Origin: Fibrobacterales bacterium
Lineage (GTDB): Bacteria; Fibrobacterota; Fibrobacteria; Fibrobacterales; JAOPTW01
DNA: 36,248 nt
Direction: 5' to 3'
Assembly (NCBI GenBank): GCA_051532055.1
Contig: JAOPTX010000092.1
Location: forward strand, 1 to 36,248
The first letter of the stretch is position 1. Each line of letters starts with the position of its first letter. This document shows, piece by piece, positions 27,005-36,248 of the stretch. Under the pieces are notes generated by a model. It worked only from the letters and a program-made list of their open reading frames with translations, had not been told where the DNA came from and searched no databases. Made by a program: the position numbers and the translations under genes.

Positions 27005-27730
27005 ATGTCAAAGTTGTATAGAATGATTACTATTTTTGTGTTATTTGGTGGGGTTAGTTTTTGGCTGCTCACTCCGGTATATGGAGAAACAACGCTCCTC
27101 AATGAAGAGTTTCATACCCTTGACTCATGGCGTCCCTTTACATTTAATGATGAAATAAAGCCGACACAGTATCGTATTCATAATGACTCCGTACAGCAGT
27201 ATCTCTCAATGACCACTGATGCTTCGGCGTCGGGACTTGTGTGGAGTGACACTATTCTTGTTACCGAGACAGTGGCTATTAAGTGGCGCTGGCGGGTTGA
27301 CTCAATCTATCAAAACCTTGATGAGACAACCAAGGCAGGAGATGATTTCCCTTTGAGAGTATTTGTCCTGTTTGTGTATGAACCTGAAAATGCGCCATTC
27401 TTACAAGCACTTTCTTATGCCGCAGCAAAAAGAATCTATGGCTTTTATCCTCCCCTTGCTGCATTGGGGTATGTTTGGTCGAGTCGTTCGAAAAGTGCTC
27501 ATTCTATCCAAAGCCCCTATAGTGAAGTGACCCAGAGTATACCACTGAGAACTGGGGAGAGTGAGACGGGGGTATGGGTTGCGGAGGATAGGAGTATCAT
27601 GGATGATTATCGTATGATTTTTGGAAAGAGTCCGCCTTCACGTATGACAATTGCTATTATGAGCGATAGTGATAATAGTGGTCAACGGACTACAGCGGCC
27701 CTTGATGGAATTGAGTTATACAATAAATGA
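27005..27730 (+). CDS. DUF3047 family exported protein
   Basis: ASASGL, WRWRVD, KAGDDFPLRVFVLF, YVWSS, DDYRMIFG, AIMSDSDNSG; signal peptide from ATG 27005. Confidence 0.85.
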   Translation: MSKLYRMITIFVLFGGVSFWLLTPVYGETTLLNEEFHTLDSWRPFTFNDEIKPTQYRIHNDSVQQYLSMTTDASASGLVWSDTILVTETVAIKWRWRVDSIYQNLDETTKAGDDFPLRVFVLFVYEPENAPFLQALSYAAAKRIYGFYPPLAALGYVWSSRSKSAHSIQSPYSEVTQSIPLRTGESETGVWVAEDRSIMDDYRMIFGKSPPSRMTIAIMSDSDNSGQRTTAALDGIELYNK

Positions 27731-27746
27731 TAAGCAATAAGGTTAT

Positions 27747-28457
27747 ATGATGCAGTATCAATTACTCTTGAAACAACTGCGTCGGTATTGGGGTATCGTG
27801 CTCATTGGGTTACTGTTCGTATCATCGCTTTTTGTTCCCTATGCTGACGTTCTTACTGAGGTCACATCCTTTTGTATTGCTCTTGGTATACCGGGAATTA
27901 TTTTTTTCACCATTCTGTATACCATACTCTGCATGACACTCGCCCCTGGGTCTCTGATTACTATGAGTGCGAGTGCGATATATGGATTTGGATTGGGGTA
28001 TATCATAGTCACTATTGGATCTCTTGGAGCTGCGGCCTTTAGTTTTCTCTTAGGGAAATATTTCATGCACCGCAAAGTTGAGCAGTGGATGCAGCGCTAT
28101 CCGCGAGTGGCCCATTTTCAGCAGGCTATTGAAAAGCGAGGGCTTCTTATTGTTTTTCTGATGCGGTTAAGCCCACTCTTTCCTTTTGCAATATCGAACT
28201 ATGCCTTTAGCTTAACTTCACTATCCTTTTGGCGTTACTTTTTTATATCATGGGTCGGTATGATACCTGGAACACTTCTCTATGTGTATCTTGGGGCCAT
28301 GGGTAAAAAAATGATGACTGAAGAGACTATGGGTCACTATCAGATAGGCCTCCTGATAGCCGGTGGCATTGCAACTGCAGTTATAACAGTGATCATCGGA
28401 TCGATTGCCAAAAATTCTTTGAATCATTCATTGAGCGATACCTCAGACCACCTCTAA
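27747..28457 (+). CDS. TVP38/TMEM64 (DedA/SNARE-associated) membrane protein
   Basis: PGSLIT, GSLGA..SFLLGKY, RLSPLFPFAISNYAF, GMIPGT. Confidence 0.92.
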   Translation: MMQYQLLLKQLRRYWGIVLIGLLFVSSLFVPYADVLTEVTSFCIALGIPGIIFFTILYTILCMTLAPGSLITMSASAIYGFGLGYIIVTIGSLGAAAFSFLLGKYFMHRKVEQWMQRYPRVAHFQQAIEKRGLLIVFLMRLSPLFPFAISNYAFSLTSLSFWRYFFISWVGMIPGTLLYVYLGAMGKKMMTEETMGHYQIGLLIAGGIATAVITVIIGSIAKNSLNHSLSDTSDHL

Positions 28458-29323
28458 AGATTCATTCCAAACGAGAGTTTATAGATAAGTCCCGTAGGAA
28501 CTTCTACTCCTGCAATTGGTTTTGCGATAGATACACCAACTTTGCCCGGGCCGAGGCTGTGTCCAACACCAAGAGTGAGGGTGTGGTAGGAATACTCTAA
28601 ATCACGATAACTTTGACCAAATTCTATGGCTTCTGTTTTACCCAAAGGGATCGCAGCACTATAGTTTAACGTGAGTTCCCATGGAGGAAGTATGGGATAG
28701 ATTATTGAGATATCATTTTTCCAAGAGAGTGGTTTGTCGATACTATTGGTGAATCCCAAGGTGGTGTAGGTGTATTGGAGGGGCTGTTGCAATGATTGAG
28801 TAGTATAGAGGTAAATTGAATAGGGAAGTACATGCCCCGTTGAAACACCAAAAAAGGGTGTTTGGATGTTATCACTAATGGATATCTCATTTAAGTTGTC
28901 ACTATGCGCATTGGAGTTAGGGTAGTTCCAGCCGGCAAAAAACTTTAGAGGCACTTTAAGCGTTGTAAAATAACTTACCGTACCAGAAATCTCTTTAAAT
29001 CCAGAATCATCGGTCTTAAGGGTCCGATCCCAAGTGACTGAGCTCCACTGTGTGGCGAGATTAATTTGCAGATTACTGAGGACCATATAACTGATACTTC
29101 CATAGGTCGTTAGAGTGGTGTGTGTGCCAGAAAGGCCGGGAAAATAGGGTTGTGCATCGCCTTTGTCGTATTCAGAGAGTAACCCATTGGAAAATTTTTT
29201 ATCTGAGGATTGGTAGCCCACTTCTGTATATAATCCAATGGTGCCTTGAGGACTCGGCCAGGGCCATGCATGGAGTTGGAGACTCATTAAGAGCAGCAGG
29301 GAGAGTAGTATTTTATATTTCAT
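28454..29323 (-). CDS. Hypothetical exported protein, probable outer-membrane beta-barrel
   Basis: Signal peptide (LQLHA), alternating aromatic/hydrophobic strands, C-terminus YKLSFGMNL. Confidence 0.55.
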   Translation of the reverse strand: MKYKILLSLLLLMSLQLHAWPWPSPQGTIGLYTEVGYQSSDKKFSNGLLSEYDKGDAQPYFPGLSGTHTTLTTYGSISYMVLSNLQINLATQWSSVTWDRTLKTDDSGFKEISGTVSYFTTLKVPLKFFAGWNYPNSNAHSDNLNEISISDNIQTPFFGVSTGHVLPYSIYLYTTQSLQQPLQYTYTTLGFTNSIDKPLSWKNDISIIYPILPPWELTLNYSAAIPLGKTEAIEFGQSYRDLEYSYHTLTLGVGHSLGPGKVGVSIAKPIAGVEVPTGLIYKLSFGMNL

Positions 29324-29328
29324 ACTAG

Positions 29329-29357
29329 TTAGTATAGTATGCAGGAAAAACCTTACG
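29329..29357 (-). promoter_or_regulatory. Putative ECF promoter (near-leaderless) for the beta-barrel gene
   Basis: CGTAAG-N17-TACTAA ending 5 nt before the ATG; no SD sequence. Confidence 0.6.
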
Positions 29358-29637
29358 TAAATGTATTGGGAATTTGACTTTTACCGCGGATTCTTCGTAT
29401 AGAGCCCTAACCCCTATTATCTATTGAGATGAAGGCTCAATAAACTAAAATACCAATAGAAGAATAGGGCGTCGCATCAAGATTGAGTTGTTCTCAAGTA
29501 TAATTATGCACGATTTATTTAAAATCATTTAAGCTCTTAGTGTATTAAAGTATATTAGTTGTGGGACACAATTCATGGGGGTGGGTTGTCGTAATATACA
29601 TTTCAAATGCCAATACACATGGTATGAGGAGAGAGTT

Positions 29638-31863
29638 ATGACTTACTTTAAAAGTTTACAGTTTTTGCTGTTGCTTTCAGTTTTCACCTATGCAGACTTC
29701 ACTATAGTCACATTGCCGGACATTCAGAATATGACGTGGTCACCTCGTGATCAGACGCTCTATGCTGAAATGCAATATATCATCGATAAGAAAGATGAGC
29801 TCGGCGTCAAGTTTGTGGTCTCTCTGGGAGATTATACTGCGGGTGGTTACGGTTCAACCAGTGGTCATGGGCAGTGGACCATCGCTCGTAATTCGGTCAA
29901 TATGATATTAGATGCAGACATTCCCTATGCGGTTTGTATGGGTAATCACGATATGGATTTGGTACCCGACCATAATATACCTCAGAAAATGGATCGATTT
30001 GTGCAATACTTCCCCGTCTCTGATTTTGAGAACAAGTCGTATCATGGCGGCTATTTTCGCAACATGTCGAACAACTACAATCTGTTTACGGCAGACGGCA
30101 TGGATTTCATAATTCTGTCATTGCAAAACCATCAAGAGAGTCTCTTTGATACTGAAGTTTCAGATTGGGCCAATGGGGTTCTGACTGAATACTCTGACCG
30201 TAGGGCTATTATTGCGACCCATATGATCAATGCTGGTGATAGTTATATGACTAACATTGTAGAAAAGCATGATAATGTATTTATGACCGTCTATGGGCAT
30301 CACTGTGCCGATAACGGTGAGCGGTTTTGGACATCAACAACACCTTCTGGTAACACCATTTATAATCTCATGTCGGATTATCAGTGTCGTGATAATGAAA
30401 ATGGTGGAGCGGTTATTCGCTATTATACCTTTAGAACAGAAGACAATAAAATTGATGCGTTTACCTACAGTACCTATAGAAATCAATTTGAAACTGATGC
30501 CAGTTCTCAATTCACATTCGATTATGAAATGGCTGTCTCGCCAATACCAACTCTATCAACTATTACACAAACTCCTGATATTCCTGAAGTAGATGGTGCC
30601 GTTACCCTTTCTGCTACAATCAAAGATGATATTGGTATTGAAAGTGCAACCATTAAGTGGGGAACAAGTGAAAATGATATGAGCAACAGTGTTACTCTTA
30701 CTGCTGATGGTGATGTGTATAGTGGGTCGATTCCAGGGCAGTCATTGGGGACCTCTGTCTATTATAGTATAGAGGCGAGCGATGGTGATGGTAATTCGAT
30801 TGTTTCTCCTATGGAATCATATACTATTGAGAAACTGGTTTATTCGTGGAACTCATGGGATGTGATGCTCCAGGATGCCGAGCCTCAAGGCGCTGTTGGT
30901 GAGGGTGAGTATAAAACATCCATAGAGCTCTATGAAAGTACTGATGACAATGGTATTAAAAAATCGTCACTCTTTGGGACCTATAATAATAACAATCATC
31001 GTGAGGATTTTAATGCACTCGAAAGTTATTGGATGGGGGCAGAGGATTATCCGTATGCAGGTAAGAGTGCAACACCGCGCGGAGGAAGTGAGCCAGAGCC
31101 TGCTGGCGTCTTTGATATGCAGATGCATCCACCTGAAAATAGTCATCTAGTGGTGGCTGCTTTTACGGCACCAGTTGATGGGGCCTATAAGGTTTCAGGC
31201 TTGGGGATTAGACGTGTGGTAGATAAAAGTGGATCGGTTGCACTTGTCTTAAAAAAGAGTGACGGAGAAACCGTGGCTGAGATTACGGCAACGAGCCAAA
31301 GCTGGGCACAGGATAGTAAGATGTATGATTTGGGCACTTTAGCAAAAGGAGAGTCAATCTATTTTGCGGTGGATAATGTTGAAAAGTTTAATTATGATGC
31401 CTGTGAAATAATGTGGACTGTCAATCTGTTTAGTACAGAGGTACCGGCAGACGATGATGTTTCTTCTTCTACCATGGACGCGAGCTCAAATGAGTCGGTG
31501 AGTAGTTCTGAGCAGGGGCCCATTGATATAAGCAGTGATGATGAGAGTAATGAAACCGTAAGTTCAGTAGACGAAGATCCGAAAGAGGAGTCGAGTGAAG
31601 AGCAGCGAGCTGCACTGGAAGAGGCCTTTGTGTCATTCTCTGATGTTATGCACTACTCATCAATTGAAAAAAGATTCTACTATACACATCCAGGACAGAT
31701 TCATGCCCTAAGCATAACTGGATTGGATGGACGCTCAAAGAGTTACGGCATTAGTCCTTCGAGAACGTACATGGATCTTACATCAGTTGAGTCCGGACTC
31801 ATCTATTTACGCATCGAAACAACCGACGGTGTAGTGGTTACCCACAGTGTGGTAATCTTTTAA
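29638..31863 (+). CDS. Secreted multidomain metallophosphoesterase with Ser-rich linker and T9SS-like CTD
   Basis: GAGGAG RBS, ATG 29638, signal peptide; LPDIQ, LGD, MGNHD, ATH, YGHH; C-terminus GLDGR...ESGLIYLRIET. Confidence 0.8.
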   Translation: MTYFKSLQFLLLLSVFTYADFTIVTLPDIQNMTWSPRDQTLYAEMQYIIDKKDELGVKFVVSLGDYTAGGYGSTSGHGQWTIARNSVNMILDADIPYAVCMGNHDMDLVPDHNIPQKMDRFVQYFPVSDFENKSYHGGYFRNMSNNYNLFTADGMDFIILSLQNHQESLFDTEVSDWANGVLTEYSDRRAIIATHMINAGDSYMTNIVEKHDNVFMTVYGHHCADNGERFWTSTTPSGNTIYNLMSDYQCRDNENGGAVIRYYTFRTEDNKIDAFTYSTYRNQFETDASSQFTFDYEMAVSPIPTLSTITQTPDIPEVDGAVTLSATIKDDIGIESATIKWGTSENDMSNSVTLTADGDVYSGSIPGQSLGTSVYYSIEASDGDGNSIVSPMESYTIEKLVYSWNSWDVMLQDAEPQGAVGEGEYKTSIELYESTDDNGIKKSSLFGTYNNNNHREDFNALESYWMGAEDYPYAGKSATPRGGSEPEPAGVFDMQMHPPENSHLVVAAFTAPVDGAYKVSGLGIRRVVDKSGSVALVLKKSDGETVAEITATSQSWAQDSKMYDLGTLAKGESIYFAVDNVEKFNYDACEIMWTVNLFSTEVPADDDVSSSTMDASSNESVSSSEQGPIDISSDDESNETVSSVDEDPKEESSEEQRAALEEAFVSFSDVMHYSSIEKRFYYTHPGQIHALSITGLDGRSKSYGISPSRTYMDLTSVESGLIYLRIETTDGVVVTHSVVIF

Positions 31864-31890
31864 GTACGGGTGATTCAAAATAACATCTAT

Positions 31891-31928
31891 ACAAAAGGCT
31901 TTCTCGTAGTTGAGAAAGCCTTTTTTGT
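31891..31928. terminator. Bidirectional intrinsic terminator
   Basis: aaaaggctttctc-gtagtt-gagaaagcctttttt between convergent genes. Confidence 0.85.
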
Positions 31929-31970
31929 TATCAAACCTATTTGAGTGTCGGAACACTGAGTTTTGCAGTG

Positions 31971-33476
31971 CTATCGCTCTTTAAACAAAATCGATTTAGA
32001 TATGGCTCCAGGAAAGAGCACATGCATGGTAGAAACCATTCCTACAAAAAAGAATCCTGCAGTGTAGATAACTAAAAACGGGCTGATGATCCAGCTGTTG
32101 TTTGATATGTAATTATATAAACTGAGCAAACAGTAGGTCGCTAACATGAGCTCAAAAATGTTGGTGTAATTTGCGAGTGATTTATAGGAGTGGCTCTTTT
32201 TATCTCCCTTCTTCGGGGTTCGTTTAAAAGGAGACTCTTTACCAATAAGCGCTTCAAAAACGGCTTTAGAATTGTTGACCGCAAAGCCGGTTCCTATGAC
32301 CATCATGAAGGGGGCAAGTGCAATTTTTTTCCAGAGGGCATTGCCTAAGAAGTGCTGGGATATCATATACATGAGTGTTGGAGCGAGACTGGAAAGAAGC
32401 ATGACGCCGATGATACTGCTATAGAGGTAGATTGAGAATTTAAAATGGACCAAGAGCACCATGGGTAGAGTAAAGAGGGCCAGAGCCAACATAAAGATGT
32501 GGATTGAGTAATGGGTTAGGTGAAAGAAGGCCTGAAAAAATTTGAATTTTGGTATGTCGCTTTTCATGAGAAGCGGTAAAATTTTCTTGGCGGTCTGTAT
32601 CGATCCTTTGGCCCACCTGAACTGTTGGTTTTTAAAGGCGTTAATATCTTCGGGGATCTCGGCGGGAACATTAATATCAGGGACGTACTCGGCTTCCCAT
32701 CCTTTGAGCTGCATGCGGTAAGAAAGGTCCATATCTTCGGTGAGGGTATCTGCTTGCCAGTTACCTGCTGCTTCAATGGCTGTAATTCTAAAAATACCGG
32801 CAGTCCCATTAAAATTCATAAAGAGGTTGTTCCAACTACGGGCGGCTTGCTCTACCATGAAGTGTCCATCGATACCCATTGCCTGAACACGGGTCAGGAG
32901 TGATGATCCGCGGTTAATGTGATCCCATCGTCCTTGTACTAAGCCTAACTTGGGGCGTTTTAGAAAGAAGGGGATTGATTTTTTGAGAAAGTCTGGGGTA
33001 GGGATAAAGTCGGCATCAAAGATTGCCACAAATTCGGCGTCAGTTTTGGTAAGACCATACTTGAGGGCGCCCGCTTTAAAACCGGTGCGCACATCTCGTC
33101 TGATCACTTCAATCCAGTGACCCATGGCTGCGTAGCGTTCTACAATTTCATCAATAATGGCAACAGTCTCATCGGTGCTATCGTCCAATACTTGTATATA
33201 GTGTTTCTCTCTGGGGTAGTCAAATGAGGTGACGGCTTGGATAAGGCGTTCAGCAACTGCTTTTTCATTATACATGGGGAGTTGCGTACACACAAGAGGG
33301 TATGATTCTGTATCGGTGATACCATCAAAATGATCAAAATGGGTTCGGTGATAGGCGAGCTTATCTTTGCGTTTGCGGAGGTAGAGGTAGGAGAGGATAA
33401 AGCATTGTGCAGCAAAAGCGAGGAGAACCAGTGAACTGGTTCCATATAAGGCGATGAGGATGATTTTGTAGGTCAT
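31971..33476 (-). CDS. Processive GT2, cellulose-synthase-like (CslA-type) membrane glycosyltransferase
   Basis: QLPMYNE, QVLDDSTD, GFKAGAL, FDADF, FNGTAG, TEDMD, QQFRWAKG, FKRTPK. Confidence 0.92.
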   Translation of the reverse strand: MTYKIILIALYGTSSLVLLAFAAQCFILSYLYLRKRKDKLAYHRTHFDHFDGITDTESYPLVCTQLPMYNEKAVAERLIQAVTSFDYPREKHYIQVLDDSTDETVAIIDEIVERYAAMGHWIEVIRRDVRTGFKAGALKYGLTKTDAEFVAIFDADFIPTPDFLKKSIPFFLKRPKLGLVQGRWDHINRGSSLLTRVQAMGIDGHFMVEQAARSWNNLFMNFNGTAGIFRITAIEAAGNWQADTLTEDMDLSYRMQLKGWEAEYVPDINVPAEIPEDINAFKNQQFRWAKGSIQTAKKILPLLMKSDIPKFKFFQAFFHLTHYSIHIFMLALALFTLPMVLLVHFKFSIYLYSSIIGVMLLSSLAPTLMYMISQHFLGNALWKKIALAPFMMVIGTGFAVNNSKAVFEALIGKESPFKRTPKKGDKKSHSYKSLANYTNIFELMLATYCLLSLYNYISNNSWIISPFLVIYTAGFFFVGMVSTMHVLFPGAISKSILFKER

Positions 33477-33612
33477 AGGAGGCAGTGGGGTTGTATATGT
33501 TTATTGAAAAGGTAATCAATTATCTGAGGATTAGTCGGATTCGGGGTGGGTTCCTTACAAGTAGTGATGATGTGGGTTAAAAAAGGCACTTTTTGTGTAT
33601 TTTGGGACTATT

Positions 33613-34158
33613 TTAGAACTCAAATAATAACTTAAAGCCAATAAGAATCAGAAGAACACCACCAACTAATTCTGCTGTATGGCCTAGCTTGTTTCCTATC
33701 AAGCGCCCAATTTTAAGCCCTAAGAGAGAAAATATAAAAGTCGTAGCGGTTATGAGTAAAACCGCCCAATAGATATCTACCTGGATAACAGCAAAACCAA
33801 TACCAATGGCAAACGCATCTATACTGGTTGCAATTGATTGGAGGAGTACTGTTGATGCCTTGAGGTTTTTAACGGTATCGGTATCATTAGAAAAACTTTC
33901 ATACACCATTTTTAAACCAATGATTGCGAGCAATCCAAAAGCAATCCAGTTGTCAAAGGTTTCAATGAATGGCGCTACTTCTCTCCCCAGTAACCAACCC
34001 AGGTAGGGCATAAGACCTTGGCACACTGCAAAAGATACTGCGGTTGTGATAAGTACTCTTCTTTTGAGGTGAGGAAAATTAATGCCATTTGATACGGACA
34101 CCGCAAAGGAGTCCATAGAAAGGCTCAGAGAAATTAACACTAATGAAAAGATATCCAC
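33613..34158 (-). CDS. mntP: Manganese efflux pump MntP
   Basis: SLSMDSFAVS, QGLMP.LGW, ATSIDAFAIG, AELVGG.LLILIG; real start GTG 34158. Confidence 0.92.
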   Translation of the reverse strand: MDIFSLVLISLSLSMDSFAVSVSNGINFPHLKRRVLITTAVSFAVCQGLMPYLGWLLGREVAPFIETFDNWIAFGLLAIIGLKMVYESFSNDTDTVKNLKASTVLLQSIATSIDAFAIGIGFAVIQVDIYWAVLLITATTFIFSLLGLKIGRLIGNKLGHTAELVGGVLLILIGFKLLFEF

Positions 34159-34190
34159 AGTACGTCCAGGGTTATGTTTTAGATAACAAC

Positions 34191-34236
34191 TACTTTGATT
34201 GTCAAAGTTATTAATTATATTTTGATAATCAAAGTA
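34191..34236. promoter_or_regulatory. Twin palindromic operators between mntP and MarR
   Basis: ctttgattgtcaaag and ttttgataatcaaag, together forming a 46-bp imperfect palindrome (tactttga...tcaaagta). Confidence 0.7.
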
Positions 34237-34248
34237 AATGAGGCCCTT

Positions 34249-34656
34249 TTGGAAAACTTTAGTGAAAATATCGTGGAATTTTACGAGCGACTCTCCTCTT
34301 GGGAGCAGGCTGTGGTCAAAGATAGTGGTCTGACGCTCCAACAGATGCACACGATTGAAATTATTGGAAATCATGACACGTTAAAAATGAAGGAGTTAGC
34401 TTCTAAATTAGGTGTTGTTATGGGGACCCTTACCGTAATGATTAATCGGTTATCCCAAATGGGTCTGGTTGAACGCAAAAGTTCAAAAGATGACAAACGT
34501 TCATTTATTATTTCATTAACCAAAGCCGGAAATGCTATACATGAAGAACATCATGAGCATCATGATGTGTTGGCAGAAGAATTAAGCTCTCACATTACGG
34601 TGAGTGAACGAAAGGCCTTTAATACCATACTCACGAAATTACTCAAAAACATGTAG
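34249..34656 (+). CDS. MarR-family regulator, AdcR/ZitR-like metal-site pattern
   Basis: wHTH MKELASKLGV..GTLT..INRL, DDKRS; E (SSWE), H (QMH), HEEHHEHH; GAGG RBS + TTG 34249. Confidence 0.88.
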   Translation: MENFSENIVEFYERLSSWEQAVVKDSGLTLQQMHTIEIIGNHDTLKMKELASKLGVVMGTLTVMINRLSQMGLVERKSSKDDKRSFIISLTKAGNAIHEEHHEHHDVLAEELSSHITVSERKAFNTILTKLLKNM

Positions 34657-34666
34657 GATAGTTATT

Positions 34667-35572
34667 ATGCACTGTGATCAATTACATAAAGATATAGGTT
34701 CAAATAAGAATCAGACAAAAACACTGATTGTCATTATTATAACGCTGATTATGATGGTTGTTGAAATCACCACTGGGTTACTGTTTGGCTCCATTGCACT
34801 TCTGTCTGATGGTATCCATATGGGAACCCATACCTTTGCCTTAATGATAACGTTTCTTGCTTATGTTATCTCAAGACGGAATGCTAAAAATACCAATTTC
34901 ACTTTTGGCACAGGCAAAGTAGGGATACTGGGTGGGTACTCTTCAGCGATAGTGCTCATCATTGCCGCCTTTGCTATGGGGGCCGAGTCGATTCAGCGAT
35001 TTTTTAATCCTGTAGAAATACAGTTTAACCAATCGATTATGGTTGCGTGCATTGGGCTTGTAATAAACCTTATCAGTGCGTGGTTGTTAAAGGATGATCA
35101 TCACCATCATGACCATGGACACGATCACGATCATGGACACGATCATGGACATCACCACGACCATAATTTAAAAGCGGCGTACCTTCATGTAATTGCCGAT
35201 GCGTTAACATCGGTCCTTGCTATTGGTGCCCTCCTTGCCGGTAAGTTCTATAATGCTTCTTGGCTTGATCCGGTTGTCGGCATTGCGGGAGCAGTTGTTG
35301 TGACCAAGTGGGGATATGGACTTCTTAAAACGACTGGTTCTATTCTTTTGGATCATAGCTCCAGTTCTACACTCAAAAATACCGTGCTCTCTACAGTATC
35401 AATTGATCCCAATGCATCAGTCACCGATCTGCATATATGGCAAGTGGGCAGTGGGAAGCATGCGCTGATTTGTACTATTGATGGGTGTACTGTTGAGGAT
35501 GTACGAAGTGGCATTACAGCCAAGCTCAAGGGTGATCGATCCTTTGATCATGTGACGGTTGAGTTTAGTTAA
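34667..35572 (+). CDS. dmeF: CDF-family Co/Ni efflux transporter DmeF-like
   Basis: GSIALLSDGIHMGTH, FTFGTGKV..LGGY, His-rich loop, DHNLKAAYLHVIADALTS, DLHIW, HVTVE. Confidence 0.9.
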   Translation: MHCDQLHKDIGSNKNQTKTLIVIIITLIMMVVEITTGLLFGSIALLSDGIHMGTHTFALMITFLAYVISRRNAKNTNFTFGTGKVGILGGYSSAIVLIIAAFAMGAESIQRFFNPVEIQFNQSIMVACIGLVINLISAWLLKDDHHHHDHGHDHDHGHDHGHHHDHNLKAAYLHVIADALTSVLAIGALLAGKFYNASWLDPVVGIAGAVVVTKWGYGLLKTTGSILLDHSSSSTLKNTVLSTVSIDPNASVTDLHIWQVGSGKHALICTIDGCTVEDVRSGITAKLKGDRSFDHVTVEFS

Positions 35573-35704
35573 GTAACCGTTTTTGGTTGCCCTATGGAAT
35601 TGTATGGCAAATATGGATATTACCTTTTATAAGTTGCATTCACTGATAAATTATTTGAAAATAATATGCTATAATTATTCTATGAAATATCTGAGAGACC
35701 CTAC

Positions 35705-36248
35705 GTGAATTTTATAAGTGATATTCTACATCTTGATCCTGAAAAGAACAGTACTGATTTTACCTTAGCGCAAAGTGCACTCACCACGCGATCGGTTAAA
35801 AAAGGAGAGGTCTTGGTACGAGAAGGTGAATGTGCAACCAAGGTCTTTTTTGTGAAAAAAGGACTTCTTCGTGCTTATAGCCTCGATGATAATGGAAAAG
35901 AGCATATCTTTCTATTTGCTCCCGAAGGGTGGATCGTTTCAGATGGTGAGGCAGTTACTGCTGAAGCGCCTTCAAATCTCTCTATTGATGCTATAGAAGA
36001 TTCAGAATTAGATGTTATCGATAAAGTAATTTTACAAGATGTTATCTTATCAACGCAAGGAACCGAGGAGCTGCTTTTGAATCTTAGGAGAAGGATAGCG
36101 GTACTTCAAAAACGCGTTATTATGCTGATGAGCTCTCCTGTTGTTGAACGCTATAAAGACTTTATTAAAACGTATCCGGATATTATTCAGCGGGCTCCCC
36201 AGCGAATGATTGCATCGTATTTAGGAGTTACTCCAGAGGCCTTGAGTA
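35705..36248 (+). CDS. Crp/Fnr family transcriptional regulator (truncated by window end)
   Basis: Manual translation from GTG 35705: VKKGEVLVREGE..FFVKKGLLRAY...GKEHI..FAPEGW...ERYKDF..YP..QR.IASYLGVTPEALS. Confidence 0.88.
   Translation, partial: MNFISDILHLDPEKNSTDFTLAQSALTTRSVKKGEVLVREGECATKVFFVKKGLLRAYSLDDNGKEHIFLFAPEGWIVSDGEAVTAEAPSNLSIDAIEDSELDVIDKVILQDVILSTQGTEELLLNLRRRIAVLQKRVIMLMSSPVVERYKDFIKTYPDIIQRAPQRMIASYLGVTPEALS

Noticed and set aside
34159..34374. Apparent mntP/MarR overlap or yybP-ykoY riboswitch
   Set aside because: The overlap comes from over-extended ORF starts, and the true intergenic region is ~90 bp of AT-rich operator sequence.
35095..35165. CAT/GAT tandem repeats
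   Set aside because: They encode the normal His-rich loop of DmeF.

Overview
A 36 kb AT-rich (~40% GC) chromosomal window from a Gram-negative bacterium. Lipoproteins with Ser/Glu-rich 'ESS' linkers, T9SS-like C-terminal domains and Na-NQR suggest Fibrobacterota or a related FCB lineage (inference). Housekeeping genes (nqrA, murB, ychF, rpiA, SlyD-like, rlmH) alternate with c-di-GMP and two-component genes, two beta-1,3-glucanase lipoproteins (GH64, GH16), two ECF sigma factors, a multi-Kazal lipoprotein, an arsenosugar-type cluster (arsS, fused TIGR04282/TIGR04283 glycosyltransferase, arsM, DUF3047, TVP38/DedA) and a mntP-MarR-dmeF metal-efflux locus. Four unannotated signals stand out. (1) Three copies of YGTAAG-N17-TACTAA sit upstream of the three arsenosugar-region transcription units, including an unknown outer-membrane-like gene, implying an ECF/zinc-anti-sigma regulon. 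(2) A full sigma54 promoter architecture appears to drive a ~130-nt four-way-junction RNA with repeated UACCC loops, upstream of a pseudo-receiver/degenerate HD-GYP operon. (3) A decayed REP-associated tyrosine transposase and REP-like hairpin arrays flank the GH16 gene. (4) An orphan mini-FlgM carries its own sigma28 promoter. All calls come from manual reading; no database searches were run.
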